This document shows positions 33,304 to 34,345 of a DNA stretch of 34,345 nt, one piece after another. The DNA is taken from contig JBKJLP010000260.1 of assembly GCA_046596735.1 (NCBI GenBank), positions 1-34,345 of the forward strand, in the 5' to 3' direction. The stretch comes from Mycobacteriales bacterium (GTDB taxonomy: Bacteria > Actinomycetota > Actinomycetes > Mycobacteriales > SCTD01). The notes beneath the pieces were generated by a model, which ran no database searches, was not told the origin of the DNA, and saw only the letters and a program-made list of their open reading frames with translations. Position 1 is the first letter of the stretch. Each line of letters begins with the position of its first letter. Made by a program: the position numbers and the translations under genes.

Positions 33304-34345
33304 TCAGCGGACCGTGAACTGCAGATCCGGGCTTCGACCCTCGACGTGGGTGAGGTCGGAGGTCGTGGCCGCGAACAGCGGAAACGCCCCTGGCACGGTG
33401 AAGCGGTGGCTCGCCGCCCACACGCCCGAGCCGTCCACGGCGCCCCGACTCACCCGCACCGGACCTCGCGCCGTCATCGCGAACACCGTCACCAGCTGGC
33501 CCGGTCGGATCGGCCGGACCTGGCCGGTCATCGTGAAGGTCCGGGCGGCCGTTTGCACCGTGCGCAGCGAGATCCACGGGGACACACCGACGACGATGCT
33601 GTCGCTTTCCTGCCCGCCGATGCGCACCTTGAGGCGGGTATTGGTCTGCGGGGCGACCACGAACGTGTAGGCCCCGGTCGAGGTCGCGGTCGTCGTACGA
33701 ACCACCCGGTAGTCCGTCGAAGGACGGCTGTAGGCCAGCAACTCCACGGTCTGATCCGGATCGGCGGCGCCACCCATGCTGGCCGACATCCCGGTCCGAA
33801 TCAAGGCGGATCCGTTCTCCAACGTGGGAGCTGGCGGCGGTGCCTGGCTCCCCCCGGGAACCGATGACGGCGGCGGTGGGGTGAAATCGACGTCGGCGAC
33901 GGTGGCGGCGCACGGGTTGACGTAGAGCCCGACCTCCTTGTGGCGCACTCCCTCTGTTGTCGTCGTCCACACCTGGTAGCGCTGGTTGGCGGCGAGGTTG
34001 GGCACGATGTAGGTGCCGTCGCTGCCGACCGTGCCGACGTTCCAGCCCAGGGTGGGCCGGCCCACCGGGTCGTAGCGATCAATCGACCACGCGATGGCCC
34101 TGGTCAACGTGATGGGGGCGCCGTCCTTGGTGGCCCGGCCGGACACCTCACCGGTGTCACCGCCGGCGGAGCAGATCAGCGGCAGGCGCAGATCGATGTC
34201 GTCGAACGTGGGCGTCTTGACGTTGTGGCGCATGGCATGTCCGTAGCGCGTCTCGGTCGTCACGCCCTTCTCGTTCTTGGGATAGACCTCGAGGTACACG
34301 TTGGCGGTGTTGGCCGGGATGGTCGCGTTCCACCGGATCGTCGCC
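33304..34345 (-). CDS. Hypothetical secreted/surface protein, C-terminal part (5' end outside the window)
   Basis: The frame is open from the right window edge (..ATIRWNATIPANTANVYLEVYPKNEKG..) to the stop at 33304. The protein is beta-rich, with segments resembling carboxypeptidase-regulatory/Ig-like folds (GTYIVPNLAANQRYQVWT, GAYTFVVAPQTNTRLKV). There is no catalytic motif. It is the first visible gene of the Liv-type operon direction. Confidence 0.55.
   Translation of the reverse strand, partial: ATIRWNATIPANTANVYLEVYPKNEKGVTTETRYGHAMRHNVKTPTFDDIDLRLPLICSAGGDTGEVSGRATKDGAPITLTRAIAWSIDRYDPVGRPTLGWNVGTVGSDGTYIVPNLAANQRYQVWTTTTEGVRHKEVGLYVNPCAATVADVDFTPPPPSSVPGGSQAPPPAPTLENGSALIRTGMSASMGGAADPDQTVELLAYSRPSTDYRVVRTTTATSTGAYTFVVAPQTNTRLKVRIGGQESDSIVVGVSPWISLRTVQTAARTFTMTGQVRPIRPGQLVTVFAMTARGPVRVSRGAVDGSGVWAASHRFTVPGAFPLFAATTSDLTHVEGRSPDLQFTVR

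Noticed and set aside
1-34345. A scan for CRISPR arrays, tRNA/rRNA genes, transposase/integrase genes, toxin-antitoxin pairs or recognisable phage-defence gene sets.
   Set aside because: I found no regularly spaced repeats, no cloverleaf-like or rRNA-like segments, and no transposase/integrase motifs. The only nuclease signature is the truncated HNH tail at the edge. The SRAP, DksA-like and hydrolase genes look like conserved housekeeping or stress genes rather than a defence island.

Overview
This is a very GC-rich, actinobacterial-type chromosomal segment. Third codon positions are overwhelmingly G/C, and many long antisense shadow ORFs are present. I support about 30 protein-coding genes, and I see no rRNA, tRNA, CRISPR array or intact mobile element. 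Only the 3' end of an HNH endonuclease gene is present, at the left edge.

Layout:
- (a) 1-6160 is a housekeeping and stress block. It holds a lipoprotein, a secreted ceramidase-like hydrolase, the sigH/sigR-rshA/rsrA ECF sigma/anti-sigma pair with a putative autoregulated promoter, a DtxR/IdeR-family regulator, an alpha/beta hydrolase, a small TraR/DksA zinc-finger protein and an SRAP (YedK/HMCES-like) protein.
- (b) 6231-21676 is a roughly 15 kb Wzx/Wzy-type extracellular polysaccharide locus. It encodes a priming phosphoglycosyl transferase, GT4 and GT4-GT2 fusion glycosyltransferases, a flippase, a Wzy-like polymerase and a Wzz/BY-kinase-like co-polymerase. It also encodes two NodB deacetylases, a secreted clan GH-A hydrolase, and three tailoring candidates: an ATP-grasp enzyme, an APH-like kinase and a CelD/FemAB-like GNAT.
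- (c) 21811-25852 holds aroA-rsgA and a TetR plus ferritin-like di-iron operon.
- (d) 25897-34345 is a translationally coupled minus-strand operon for a Liv-type ABC system with unusual domain fusions: LivH-LivM-LivG in one polypeptide, and an MFS domain fused to a LivF-type ATPase.

The most interesting signal is not a gene. The 5' leader of the glycoside hydrolase gene (about 9656-9745, + strand) reads as a GEMM-I / c-di-GMP-I riboswitch aptamer, followed by a hairpin that can sequester the ribosome-binding site. This suggests direct c-di-GMP control of matrix-polysaccharide hydrolysis inside this locus.

All functional calls rest on motif recognition by eye. No database search was possible.
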